This document shows, in pieces, positions 1 through 8,661 of a DNA stretch of 62,738 bases (the stretch's first letter is position 1; each line of letters begins with the position of its first letter). The translations under genes and the position numbers were made by a program. The notes under the pieces were generated by a model. That model was not told the origin of the DNA, did no database searches, and was given only the letters and a program-made list of their open reading frames with translations. Origin of the DNA: an uncultured Acidimicrobiia bacterium (GTDB taxonomy: Bacteria > Actinomycetota > Acidimicrobiia > Spongiisociales > UBA4744); NCBI GenBank assembly GCA_964496205.1, contig CAZBXV010000006.1:1-62738 (forward strand). The letters are read 5' to 3'.

Positions 1-221
1 GCATTGTTGTGCGAGGTGCGGGATGGGAAGACGTATCTGACCGGGGTGTACGACTGATCAAACCTCGAGAGCACCACGACATCGATCTGTTCGCGGTTGC
101 TCCCGACCTATCGAGCATCGACAGGTACATCACCGACACTGGCACTCCCGAGATTCCGGAAAAACGGTTCGCTCACAACGTTCGAGCGGCAGGGGGTCGT
201 GATCGAGACGATGCTGATTGA
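1..221 (+). pseudogene. Probable C-terminal fragment of a DeoR/GlpR-family regulator (decayed, frameshifted)
   Basis: FAVAPDLSSIDRYITDTGTP resembles the DeoR C-terminal sensor end; another frame continues LTTFERQGVVIET; cut by window edge. Confidence 0.35.
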
Positions 222-377
222 GAGGCCTACGGCCTGGTCGGTGAGTCCGGCCGCGGCAAGTCGATGACGGTCTACGCCGCGCTCGGACTGCTGGCCGAGA
301 ACGGCAGCGTCAGCGGCGGACGCGCCCTGGTCGCCGGCCAGGAGATCACCGCGATGTCGAGTTCCGCGCTGCAATAG
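222..377 (+). pseudogene. Fragment of oligopeptide/dipeptide ABC transporter ATPase (OppD/DppD-like)
   Basis: Manual translation EAYGLVGESGRGKSMTVYAALGLLAENGSVSGGRALVAGQEITAMSSSALQ*; Walker A in OppD context; no start codon, early stop. Confidence 0.6.
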
Positions 378-712
378 GACACGGTCACTTTGACCCAGTT
401 CCGCGTCCTCGTCGTGCTGACCGGCCGAACCCCCGCGAGGTTGGTCGAACTCGCCCATCGGCTCGGGGTGAACTCCTCGACCGCGCAACGTTCGGTGGAA
501 CGGCTGGTGGCCGCCGGTCTGGTCGAACGGCGGGAGAACGCCGTCGATCGCCGTGAAGTGGTGATCGAACCGACTCGGACCGGTGCAGACCTGGTGCAGG
601 AGGTCACCAAACGGCGCCGCGAGGCCATCGACGCGGGCGTTCGGTCCATGCCATCGACGCAGCGTCGACAACTGATCGCGGACCTCGAGGCCTTCGCCCA
701 CGCGGCCGGGAT
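378..712 (+). pseudogene. MarR-family regulator, N-terminally truncated, 3' end abutting IS remnant
   Basis: VTLTQFRVLVVL...LAHRLGVNSSTAQRSVERLVAAGLVERRENAVDRREV winged-HTH with DRR motif. Confidence 0.7.
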
Positions 713-978
713 CTGTCGCGGACGTGCGCGAGGAGCTGGTACGGCTTCTCGTCCATGCACACCACCGGCCGGGCGGCGTCGTGGGGCCGGGCGTAGACGT
801 CCAGGACATCGTCCATCCGTGCTACGAACTCGGCGTTGGCCTTCGGTGGGATGGTCCAGCACTTCTTCAAATGAGGACGTGGCGCCCCCTTTCAAAATCC
901 GGCCGATCGTGGAGTGGTCCAGATCCGGGATGTCATCGGTCAGCGCAATGTGCTTCTCCAGCAACCGTAACGACAAGG
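700..978 (-). mobile_element. IS630-family transposase internal remnant spanning the orfA/orfB frameshift junction
   Basis: [28 protein letters not shown], then slippery AAAGGGGG, then -1 frame [29 protein letters not shown]...[12 protein letters not shown] (first D of DDE); boundaries approximate. Confidence 0.8.
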
Positions 979-1004
979 GTCTAGAAACCGTCTCGGACGT
1001 TCGG

Positions 1005-1025
1005 TACAATACGAACATATGTTCG
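1005..1025 (+). promoter_or_regulatory. -10 hexamer TACAAT followed by LexA (SOS) box CGAACATATGTTCG overlapping the start codon
   Basis: Perfect GAAC-N4-GTTC palindrome at 1012-1025; ATG at 1019 lies inside the box. Confidence 0.85.
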
Positions 1026-2245
1026 ATAGTCTCACTGCAACTTTGGAAGGACTGGAACCAGGTGCCTTCTTGGGGATGATTGTCGCTGAGACCGATATCA
1101 CCCGAGTATCCGCGCGTCAGCGGATTGCGCTGCTTCGCGCACGGCAGCGTATGGCCTCCTACTACGAGGCGCTCGTGCTCGAAGGTGTGAATGCAGTGTC
1201 CGGGCAGATGGCCGGCGAGATAGATGATCTGGAGTTGGCCGCCGACGCCGCGTCGGTCGAGATTGCCGCCGCTCTGTGTCTGACACGTCGGTCCGCCGAT
1301 GCGCAGATCGATTGGGCCGGCGAGATGTGGGAGCGAGTACCCCGGATCGCCGAGATGCTCCGGTTGGGCCAGATCGATCCACGCCGGGCCAGGACGATCG
1401 TTGCCGGCGTTCAACACCTTGACGCTGAAGCCGCCGGTCACGTCGTCGATCAGATCGCCGAAGAAGCCCCGAACCTCACAACGGGCCAGCTTGCGGCCCG
1501 GCTTCGGAAACTCTGCGTCACCGTCGATCCCGATTATGCGCTGGAACGGTACAAGGAGGTTCTCGACGAGCGTCGGGTGGTCGTCGAGGCGAGCCCTTCG
1601 GGAACTGCTCACCTGTTCGGTATGAATCTGCCGCCGGAACGAGTGATGGCGGTCTCCGATCGGATCAACCGGATCGCACGACGGAGGAGAACCGCCGACG
1701 AGTCGCGGTCGATGGATCAGCTGAGAGCAGACATCTTCATGGACCTCCTCGAGGGAAACAGCTCTGTCGTGGCCGGTGGCGTTGTCGATCTCAGGGTTGA
1801 TCTCGACACGCTGACGGGTCTGAGCGAAGCCCCGGGGGAACTCGCCGGATACGGACCAGTGATCGCCGACATCGCCCGCCAGGTCGCGACTGCGCGGCCG
1901 CGAGCGGAGTGGCGATGCACCGTGGTCGACCACGACGGCGCCATCGTGTGGGAAGGAACCACGAGACGTCGACCCTCGACCGCGCTGCGCCGCGGCATCG
2001 AACGCGAGTACTCGACCTGTGTGTTTCCGGGATGCCGGATGCCCGCACGGGCCTGTGACCTCGACCACAGAACACCATGGGGCGAAGGGGGTGTGACATG
2101 CGAGTGCAACCTTGCACCGCTCTGCCGCTACCACCACAGGGTTCGACACGAAGCAGGATGGGCCTACGATCGACATGCCGGCGGCGACCACATATGGATC
2201 AGTCCGGCCGGTGCTGTCTACACGAGCTCGGGGCACTCGCCGTAG
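1019..2245 (+). CDS. DUF222 + HNH endonuclease protein (13E12/Rv1128c-like family)
   Basis: EIAAALCLTRRSA...GQIDPRRA DUF222 pattern; C-terminal CVFPGC...CDLDHRTPW..GG.T...NLAPLCRYHHRVRH. Confidence 0.9.
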   Translation: MFDSLTATLEGLEPGAFLGMIVAETDITRVSARQRIALLRARQRMASYYEALVLEGVNAVSGQMAGEIDDLELAADAASVEIAAALCLTRRSADAQIDWAGEMWERVPRIAEMLRLGQIDPRRARTIVAGVQHLDAEAAGHVVDQIAEEAPNLTTGQLAARLRKLCVTVDPDYALERYKEVLDERRVVVEASPSGTAHLFGMNLPPERVMAVSDRINRIARRRRTADESRSMDQLRADIFMDLLEGNSSVVAGGVVDLRVDLDTLTGLSEAPGELAGYGPVIADIARQVATARPRAEWRCTVVDHDGAIVWEGTTRRRPSTALRRGIEREYSTCVFPGCRMPARACDLDHRTPWGEGGVTCECNLAPLCRYHHRVRHEAGWAYDRHAGGDHIWISPAGAVYTSSGHSP

Positions 2246-2309
2246 CCGGGACGTAACCTCCCGCACGCTCACGGGATCTCCCGGTGCCCGGCCCGTCAGC
2301 GGTCTGCTC

Positions 2310-3023
2310 TCAGCCGCCTGCCGTGAGCTGAGCTTCGATCCACTCCCGAACGCGATCTCTGAGCGGTTCGACATCGTCCAACGTCATGCCGTCGGTCGGG
2401 ATAGGAGTTCCCCACCGCACCGTGATCGGGCCGGGACGCATCAGTTTCGCTCCGGGTGGCCAGATGGCTCCGGTTCCGGAGATCGCAACGGGCACGATCG
2501 GCAGGCCGGTCTGGATGGCGATTACGAACGCACCCTTCTTGAACGGTCCCAGTTCACCTGTCTTGGAACGGCGCCCCTCGGCATAGACAATGATCGAACG
2601 TCCCCGCTCCACCGTCTCATCCACCTGGCGATTGATAGCGTTCATCGAAGGGTTGCTCCGATCGACTTCGATCATGCCGATCGCCCTGATCGCCTGGCCG
2701 AATACGGGCACCTTGTAGAGCTCCGTCTTGGCCAAGTATCGCAAGGGTGACGGCGCCGAGAGATAGTGGCACATCGGATCGAGATTCGACTGGTGATTGC
2801 CGACCACGACGAAGGACCCTCCCGGTGTGAGCGGCGTTTCGAACTCGATCTCAGGGTGCAGGCCCAGTCCGAGGAGCCAGGTTCGTGCCCAGGCGGCGGC
2901 TATCCGATCCATCCAAGGGCTTGCCGGGTTCACGAGGCCCACGAGGACCAGACCAATCGCCGTACACAGCGTTGCGATGGCCACCAGGATCAAGGTGAAG
3001 ACGGTTCTCGCCACGGCGGTCAT
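2310..3023 (-). CDS. plsC: 1-acyl-sn-glycerol-3-phosphate acyltransferase (PlsC family)
   Basis: NHQSNLD, LAKTEL, YAEGRRS, FKKGAF motifs. Confidence 0.9.
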   Translation of the reverse strand: MTAVARTVFTLILVAIATLCTAIGLVLVGLVNPASPWMDRIAAAWARTWLLGLGLHPEIEFETPLTPGGSFVVVGNHQSNLDPMCHYLSAPSPLRYLAKTELYKVPVFGQAIRAIGMIEVDRSNPSMNAINRQVDETVERGRSIIVYAEGRRSKTGELGPFKKGAFVIAIQTGLPIVPVAISGTGAIWPPGAKLMRPGPITVRWGTPIPTDGMTLDDVEPLRDRVREWIEAQLTAGG

Positions 3024-3745
3024 GATTGGGCCTTGTCCAAGTCGTCCAATGTGTTCTGGATCACCTGTTTCACTTGATCTCGTAGCAACTCGATGTCATC
3101 GCTTCCGAGGCCGCTGGTCTGGATGGGTTCGCCGATCACCATGGTGATTGGGCCGCCGTCGATGATCTTGTGTCTCGCCTTCCACGTCTTATCGGCTCCG
3201 TAGATGGTCGTTGGTAGCACCGGTAGGCCGGTATGGACCGCGATGGCGAACGCACCCTTCTTGAACGGAAGCAGGCTTCCGTCGATCGTTCGGGTCCCTT
3301 CCGCATACACCATGATCGACTTGCCCAACTCTGCCACGCGCAGCGCGCCCGTCTCCACGGACCGAAACGAACGGTGGGAAGTCCGGTCGACCGGAACCAT
3401 GTCCATCGCTTTCAGCGCCCACCCCAGAAACGGCGTCGAGAACAGCTCTTTCTTGGCGAGGAAACGGATCGGGACCGGCAAGCCGACGAAATGGGCCATG
3501 ATGTCGAATGTGGACTGATGGTTGGAGATGACCACGTACGACTTCGAGGGATCGACGTGTTCACGGCCGCGTACCTCGAGGTGAACACCCGACGGCCACA
3601 GACACGCCCGTGCCCACATCTTGGCGATGTGATCCACCAAGCGGGAGCGGGGTCGTACCAGTGCAACGATCATGGCCGAGAGCGACGCAACCAGGGTCGC
3701 CAGGACGCCGTTGAGGTAGGTGACGATCGATCGAATCAGGGCCAT
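3020..3745 (-). CDS. plsC: 1-acyl-sn-glycerol-3-phosphate acyltransferase (PlsC family), tandem paralog
   Basis: NHQSTFD, LAKKEL, YAEGTRT, FKKGAF; ATGA overlap with next gene; start chosen at ATG 3745. Confidence 0.9.
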   Translation of the reverse strand: MALIRSIVTYLNGVLATLVASLSAMIVALVRPRSRLVDHIAKMWARACLWPSGVHLEVRGREHVDPSKSYVVISNHQSTFDIMAHFVGLPVPIRFLAKKELFSTPFLGWALKAMDMVPVDRTSHRSFRSVETGALRVAELGKSIMVYAEGTRTIDGSLLPFKKGAFAIAVHTGLPVLPTTIYGADKTWKARHKIIDGGPITMVIGEPIQTSGLGSDDIELLRDQVKQVIQNTLDDLDKAQS

Positions 3746-3770
3746 CGTCGGGAGCGTAGTCGGAGGGCGT

Positions 3771-3947
3771 ATGCTGATGCCGATGCTTCGCAAGCTCGTG
3801 ATGGTCGCATTCCTCGGACTGGTCGTCTTGGCCGTGTTCGTGTTCGCCGGCCCGAGGATGCCCGACACCTCGTGGGTTCACCAGGCGAGTTCCCACCTCC
3901 GCGACGCACTCAACGCGTGGTGGGGTTTTCCGATCGTCGGGCCGTGA
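3771..3947 (+). CDS. Small single-TM hypothetical protein
   Basis: MLRKLVMVAFLGLVVLAVFVFAG hydrophobic helix; GGAGG upstream; fills a gap between two minus-strand genes. Confidence 0.45.
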   Translation: MLMPMLRKLVMVAFLGLVVLAVFVFAGPRMPDTSWVHQASSHLRDALNAWWGFPIVGP

Positions 3948-4677
3948 GCACGACGTCGATCGCCGCTTCGATGCTGGGCATGGCGGCATCCGCGTAGACG
4001 GCATGGCCGGAGCTGCTGGCATGAAACAGATCTGGTGACCACAAGAGCGGGTCGGTGCGAAACTCGGGAGCTCGGTCCCATATGGGCACCTTGAACACAT
4101 TCGATCGCCGTGCTGCGATCTCTGCATGGGCCCGATCCGCCGCCAGTGCCCGTGCATGCGCGAGCGGCCGCACGAAGAGAGGAAGCCTCGGAATCGTCGC
4201 CATATCGCCCACTCCCGAAAGCACGACTGCGCGCGATACAGGAGTGAGGGCGTCGACGATCTCGCCGAGCTGCCGACGGAACGTGGACGCACTGATCCCA
4301 CGCAGCATGTCGTTCGGACCGACCGAGACGATCGCGACGTCATGGAAACTCGCGACGGCCCGAGGAACCTGGCCGGCAAGGACATCACCAGCCTTCGACC
4401 CACCCACTGCGAGGCTGTCGATCGTGATGTGGAAGCGAGCACCAAGCTCCCTTCCCACACGCCGGACCCACACGTCGTCGATGGAGTCCAGGCCGGGTCC
4501 CGTGCAACTCGAGTCGCCGAGCACGACGATCGAGAGTGGTGGTAGCGAGTCATCGCCCCAGACTCCCGAGGCGTTGGCTCCCTCGAAACTGGGGAGACGG
4601 TGCCACCGCAGGTATGTCGCGCCGGCCCACCAACCGAACGTTGTCACCGCGCCTGCCTTGACGATGCGCCTGTTCAA
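3910..4677 (-). CDS. SGNH/GDSL hydrolase family protein
   Basis: VVLGDSS block I, VGPND block III, DLFH block V; TTG start overlaps upstream TGA. Confidence 0.85.
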   Translation of the reverse strand: MNRRIVKAGAVTTFGWWAGATYLRWHRLPSFEGANASGVWGDDSLPPLSIVVLGDSSCTGPGLDSIDDVWVRRVGRELGARFHITIDSLAVGGSKAGDVLAGQVPRAVASFHDVAIVSVGPNDMLRGISASTFRRQLGEIVDALTPVSRAVVLSGVGDMATIPRLPLFVRPLAHARALAADRAHAEIAARRSNVFKVPIWDRAPEFRTDPLLWSPDLFHASSSGHAVYADAAMPSIEAAIDVVLTARRSENPTTR

Positions 4678-5240
4678 TGCGCGTACGTGCCGATCATCTC
4701 GGCCGAATCGACGACATGCCCTTGCATGGCGGCCTCCACGGCCTTCTTGGTCGAATCGGCAGGAAGGTCGAGCAGCACGTCCAAGGCGTACAGCTTGAAG
4801 AAGTAGCGGTGCGTTCCGATCGGGGGACACGGGCCCCCGTAGTCGTTGCGTCCCCACGAGTTCGTTCCCTGAACACCGCCATCGGGTGTTGAATCCTCGG
4901 CAACCTCCCGAGTGGTGGGGTCGATGTTCCACACGACCCAGTGATCCCACACCATCTTCGGTGCGGCAGGGTCGGGGGCGTCCGGGTCGTCGACGATCAA
5001 CACGAGTGACGCCGTGCCGGATGGGACGTTCGAGAATGTCAGGGGAGGGCTGACGTCGAGCCCGTCACACGTGAATCTCGACGGCATCGAACCGTCGAAA
5101 GCAGGACTCGAGATCTGCATCGTGCCTCCTCTTTGGTCGGTGGTAGTGGTTGTGCTGGTTGGTGCGGCAGACGTCGTCGTGGTGGCCGCACCCGTGCATG
5201 CGGTAGCCACCAGAACGACGACGAGTACCACTACGCGCAT
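4674..5240 (-). CDS. YbhB/YbcL (PEBP/RKIP-like) protein with lipoprotein signal and Thr-rich linker
   Basis: DDPDAP, WDHWVVWNI, YGGPCPP, HRYFFKLYALD; N-terminal hydrophobic stretch with ATAC lipobox. Confidence 0.9.
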   Translation of the reverse strand: MRVVVLVVVLVATACTGAATTTTSAAPTSTTTTTDQRGGTMQISSPAFDGSMPSRFTCDGLDVSPPLTFSNVPSGTASLVLIVDDPDAPDPAAPKMVWDHWVVWNIDPTTREVAEDSTPDGGVQGTNSWGRNDYGGPCPPIGTHRYFFKLYALDVLLDLPADSTKKAVEAAMQGHVVDSAEMIGTYAH

Positions 5241-5462
5241 AGATGCCAACCTAGTGGCCTGTCGCTCGAATGACTGCCGGGTCTCTGCGGCTCACGACGC
5301 CCCCGGCGGCGTCCTCGTCCTCGACGCACCACTGCGGGTGCGCCTTCGTCCTGCGTCCTGGCCAGATGACACCGTGCCCTCGCAGACGCCCAGACATTGA
5401 TTGGACGACACACCACTAGTAGGACTCGCGGGTGAGGAAACCTGTTCGACTCGCATGGCGGG

Positions 5463-5484
5463 TCGAACATATGTTCGATACACT
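5463..5484 (+). promoter_or_regulatory. LexA box TCGAACATATGTTCGA directly before -10 TACACT of a likely leaderless dnaE2 promoter
   Basis: Perfect 16-bp palindrome 5463-5478, TACACT 5479-5484, ATG 5491. Confidence 0.9.
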
Positions 5485-5490
5485 CGGTCC

Positions 5491-8400
5491 ATGGCGTACG
5501 CCGAGTTGCACTGTCATACCAACTTCTCGTTCCTCGATGGAGCCTCCCATCCCGAGGATCTCGTCGAACGGGCAGCGTCGCTCGGGTACCGAGCACTCGC
5601 AGTCACCGACCACGACGGGTTCTACGGCGCGGTGCGGTTTTCGGGTGCTGCACACGACATCGGACTGCCCGCCGTCTACGGCACGGAAGTGGCCATGGAC
5701 GCCGGGCATCTCGTCCTGCTGGCATCCTCCGCTGCCTCCTATGCGGCCTTGAGCCACTTCGTCACGAAGGGACAGTTCCGGGGAGAGAAGGATGCTCCCG
5801 TCTACGCATGGGAGGATCTCACCGAAGTCGCCGAGGCAGGCGTGTACGCACTCACGGGCTGCCACCAAGGCGCGGTGCCACGTGCCGCGCAGGCAGGGGA
5901 TCTCACTGGAACGGTTCGGGAGGCCGGCCGTCTCCGTGAGATCTTCGGCCGAAGGCTGCACATGGAGATGTGGCATCACGCGATGCCCGAGGATGATCTC
6001 CGCAACGATGTCCTCTGGGATGCCGCCCACAGTCTGAACCTGCCCGTGGTTGCCACCAACAACGTCCACTACGCACACCGCGAAGACGCAGTCCTCGCCG
6101 ACGTACTCGCTGCGATCGACGGTCGGCGAACCCTCGAAGAAGGCGACGGGTTCCGGTCGGCGACCGATGAGCGGTACCTGAAGGACCCCGCCGAGATGCA
6201 GGCTCGGTTTGCCCGCTATCCGGGTGCCGTCGAACGCTCAGTCGAACTGGCGGAGATGTTGTCGTTCGACCTCCGCCTCGTTGCACCGAGGCTCCCGGAT
6301 TTTCCGATGCCCGGCCACTTCCGGTCGGAAATGGAGTACCTGTGCCACATCACGTTTGAAGGGGCCATGGATGTGTACCCGGGCGTGGAAGGTGGTATCG
6401 ACCCGCGTGCCAAGCAGCGTCTCGAACATGAACTCGACGTGATCGAACGGCTCGGATTTCCCGGCTATTTCCTCGTCGTGTGGGACATCGTCAACTTCGC
6501 GCGATCCCAGGACATCTTCTGTCAGATTCGAGGTTCCGGCGCCGACTCGGCGGTCTGTCGCTGCATCGGGCTGACACGAGTCGATCCGATCAGGCTCCAT
6601 CTTCCATTCGAACGGTTCCTGTCCGAGGAGAGGGGACGTCCACCCGACATCGACCTCGACCTCGAATCGGAACGGCGCGAAGAAGTCATCCAGTACTGCT
6701 ACCGACGATACGGGCGCGAACGCGCAGCAATGGTCGCCAACGTCATCACCTATCGGGCACGGTCGGTGCTGCGCGACGTCGGTAAGACGTTTGGGCTCAC
6801 ACAAGCCCAAGTAGATGGCCTGTCCAAGTACGTCGACACCCGCAACCCGGCCAACCTGCGTCTTGAAGCACCGTTGCCCGAAGGGATGACCGCCGACTTC
6901 ATCTACGACGTGTGCCGGCGCCTCGACGGCTTTCCTCGACACCTTGGTATCCACTCCGGAGGAATGGTGATCGCGGACAGGCCTCTCTGGCAGGTGGTGC
7001 CGCTGGAGTGGGGGCGCATGGAGGACCGCAGCATCCTCCAGTGGGACAAGGACGATTGTGGAGCCATCGGCATCGTCAAGTTCGACCTGCTCGGGTTGGG
7101 TATGCTCAACGCGCTCCACCTCACCGTCGACACGGTCGAAGAGACGCACGGAGTACGACTCGATCTCGCAACCATCCCGCAGGAACCTGCAATCTACGAA
7201 ATGCTCACCGTCTCGGACACGGTGGGAGTGTTTCAGGTCGAGTCACGTGCCCAGATGGCGACCCTTCCAAAGATGAAACCGAAAACGTTCTACGACCTCG
7301 CTGTCGAGGTTGCGCTGATCCGGCCAGGACCGATCCAAGGCCAGTCCGTACACCCGTACCTGCGACGGAGAAACGGAGAGGAACCGATCCGGTATCCGCA
7401 CCCGTCGACCGAACCGATCCTCGCCAAGACACTCGGCGTGCCGATTTTCCAAGAACAGCTGATGGAACTTGCACGAGTGTGTGCAGGATTCGACGGCAAC
7501 CAGTCGGACAGGCTGCGTTCGGCGATGACACACAAACGATCCTCCGAAGCGATGGGGCGCCTCCAGGAAGAGGTGTTCGCGGGCATGGCAGGCAACGGCA
7601 TCACCGGTCCCGCTGCCGATGAGATCTGGGAGAAGCTTCAGGGGTTCGCCCAGTTCGGTTTTCCCGAGAGCCACTCGGTGAGCTTCGCATACATCGTGTA
7701 CATGTCCGCATGGTTGAAATACCACTGGCCGACCGAGTTCCTCGCCGGCCTATTGAACGCCTACCCGATGGGGTTCTACAACCCGAACACGCTCGTCCAA
7801 GACGCGCAGCGTCACGGTGTCATCGTGCTCGATCCCGACGTGAACTTCTCGTTCCACGACTGCATCGTCGAGCCGTACGATGCCGACCCCGACGCAGTCA
7901 TCACCTACCTTGGTTCGTCGTGGCGGCAGGGGAGAGGCGCCGAGAACGATCCCATCCGACCGTCGGTCGCGATGCGCATGGGGCTTCGGTACGTGCGCAA
8001 CCTCGGACCGGCAGAAATAGACAGGATCGAAGCAGCTCGTCAGGTAGGTGGGGCGTTTCGCGGCGTTCGCGACTTCGCCCAACGTACCGGACTGCCGGTG
8101 GACGCCTTGGAAGGAATCGCCGCGTCCGGAGCGATGGCCTCGCTCGGAGTGACGCGCCGCGAGGGTCTGTGGGCGGCCGGCGCACTCGCAGAGATCGGTC
8201 CGAATCGCCTCGCGCTTTCGCCGGGTCTCGACGCCCCCGACCTTCCGGAGATGAGTGGAGTGGAACAGCACCAAGCCGATCTGTGGTCGACCGGCATCTC
8301 CTCGCATCATCCGGTCGAGTTCATCCGAGGATGGCTCGACGAACAAGGATGCGTGCGCATCTGCGACCTGCTCGCGAGGAAACGCAACGGATGGCGTGCC

Positions 8401-8661
8401 CGTGTCGGGGGGATTGTCACCCACCGGCAGCGGCCCCACACGGCCCGCGGTGTCATCTTCTTCAATCTCGAAGATGAAACCGGCATCCTCAACGTCGTTG
8501 TCCTCCCTGAGGTGTGGCAGGAACACAAACAGACGGCGAGACGCCAGATTGGGCTCGTCATCGACGGTGTCGTCGAATACCGGGACGGCGTCACCAACCT
8601 CGTGGCACGAGGATTCTCACCGTGGCCCGCGGCCGGACTCAGGTCGAGAGACTTCAGGTGA
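5491..8661 (+). CDS. dnaE2: Error-prone DNA polymerase DnaE2 (ImuC)
   Basis: YAELHCHTNFSFLDGAS PHP start, PPDIDLD catalytic motif, GFPESHS, C-terminal SRDFR motif typical of DnaE2; SOS box upstream. Confidence 0.95.
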   Translation: MAYAELHCHTNFSFLDGASHPEDLVERAASLGYRALAVTDHDGFYGAVRFSGAAHDIGLPAVYGTEVAMDAGHLVLLASSAASYAALSHFVTKGQFRGEKDAPVYAWEDLTEVAEAGVYALTGCHQGAVPRAAQAGDLTGTVREAGRLREIFGRRLHMEMWHHAMPEDDLRNDVLWDAAHSLNLPVVATNNVHYAHREDAVLADVLAAIDGRRTLEEGDGFRSATDERYLKDPAEMQARFARYPGAVERSVELAEMLSFDLRLVAPRLPDFPMPGHFRSEMEYLCHITFEGAMDVYPGVEGGIDPRAKQRLEHELDVIERLGFPGYFLVVWDIVNFARSQDIFCQIRGSGADSAVCRCIGLTRVDPIRLHLPFERFLSEERGRPPDIDLDLESERREEVIQYCYRRYGRERAAMVANVITYRARSVLRDVGKTFGLTQAQVDGLSKYVDTRNPANLRLEAPLPEGMTADFIYDVCRRLDGFPRHLGIHSGGMVIADRPLWQVVPLEWGRMEDRSILQWDKDDCGAIGIVKFDLLGLGMLNALHLTVDTVEETHGVRLDLATIPQEPAIYEMLTVSDTVGVFQVESRAQMATLPKMKPKTFYDLAVEVALIRPGPIQGQSVHPYLRRRNGEEPIRYPHPSTEPILAKTLGVPIFQEQLMELARVCAGFDGNQSDRLRSAMTHKRSSEAMGRLQEEVFAGMAGNGITGPAADEIWEKLQGFAQFGFPESHSVSFAYIVYMSAWLKYHWPTEFLAGLLNAYPMGFYNPNTLVQDAQRHGVIVLDPDVNFSFHDCIVEPYDADPDAVITYLGSSWRQGRGAENDPIRPSVAMRMGLRYVRNLGPAEIDRIEAARQVGGAFRGVRDFAQRTGLPVDALEGIAASGAMASLGVTRREGLWAAGALAEIGPNRLALSPGLDAPDLPEMSGVEQHQADLWSTGISSHHPVEFIRGWLDEQGCVRICDLLARKRNGWRARVGGIVTHRQRPHTARGVIFFNLEDETGILNVVVLPEVWQEHKQTARRQIGLVIDGVVEYRDGVTNLVARGFSPWPAAGLRSRDFR

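Noticed and set aside
390-1079. 229-aa ORF as an intact MarR fusion
   Set aside because: MarR similarity ends near 712; the rest is read-through across the antisense IS630 remnant
2246-2292. Inverted repeats downstream of the HNH gene as a possible guide RNA
   Set aside because: Only about 60 nt between convergent genes; more simply a terminator-like hairpin, with no repeat-spacer pattern
272-2374. 700-aa minus-strand ORF
   Set aside because: Antisense shadow of the DUF222 gene; only a short stretch near 880-975 is real IS630 orfA sequence
5250-5460. Short ORFs upstream of dnaE2 as imuA/imuB remnants, and a second SOS box GGAAACCTGTTCGA
   Set aside because: No recognisable ImuA/ImuB motifs; the left half-site of the box has two mismatches
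5401-5490. N-terminal extension of DnaE2 in the ORF track (TTG 5401)
   Set aside because: Spans the LexA box and -10; the family-typical start is MAYAELH at 5491
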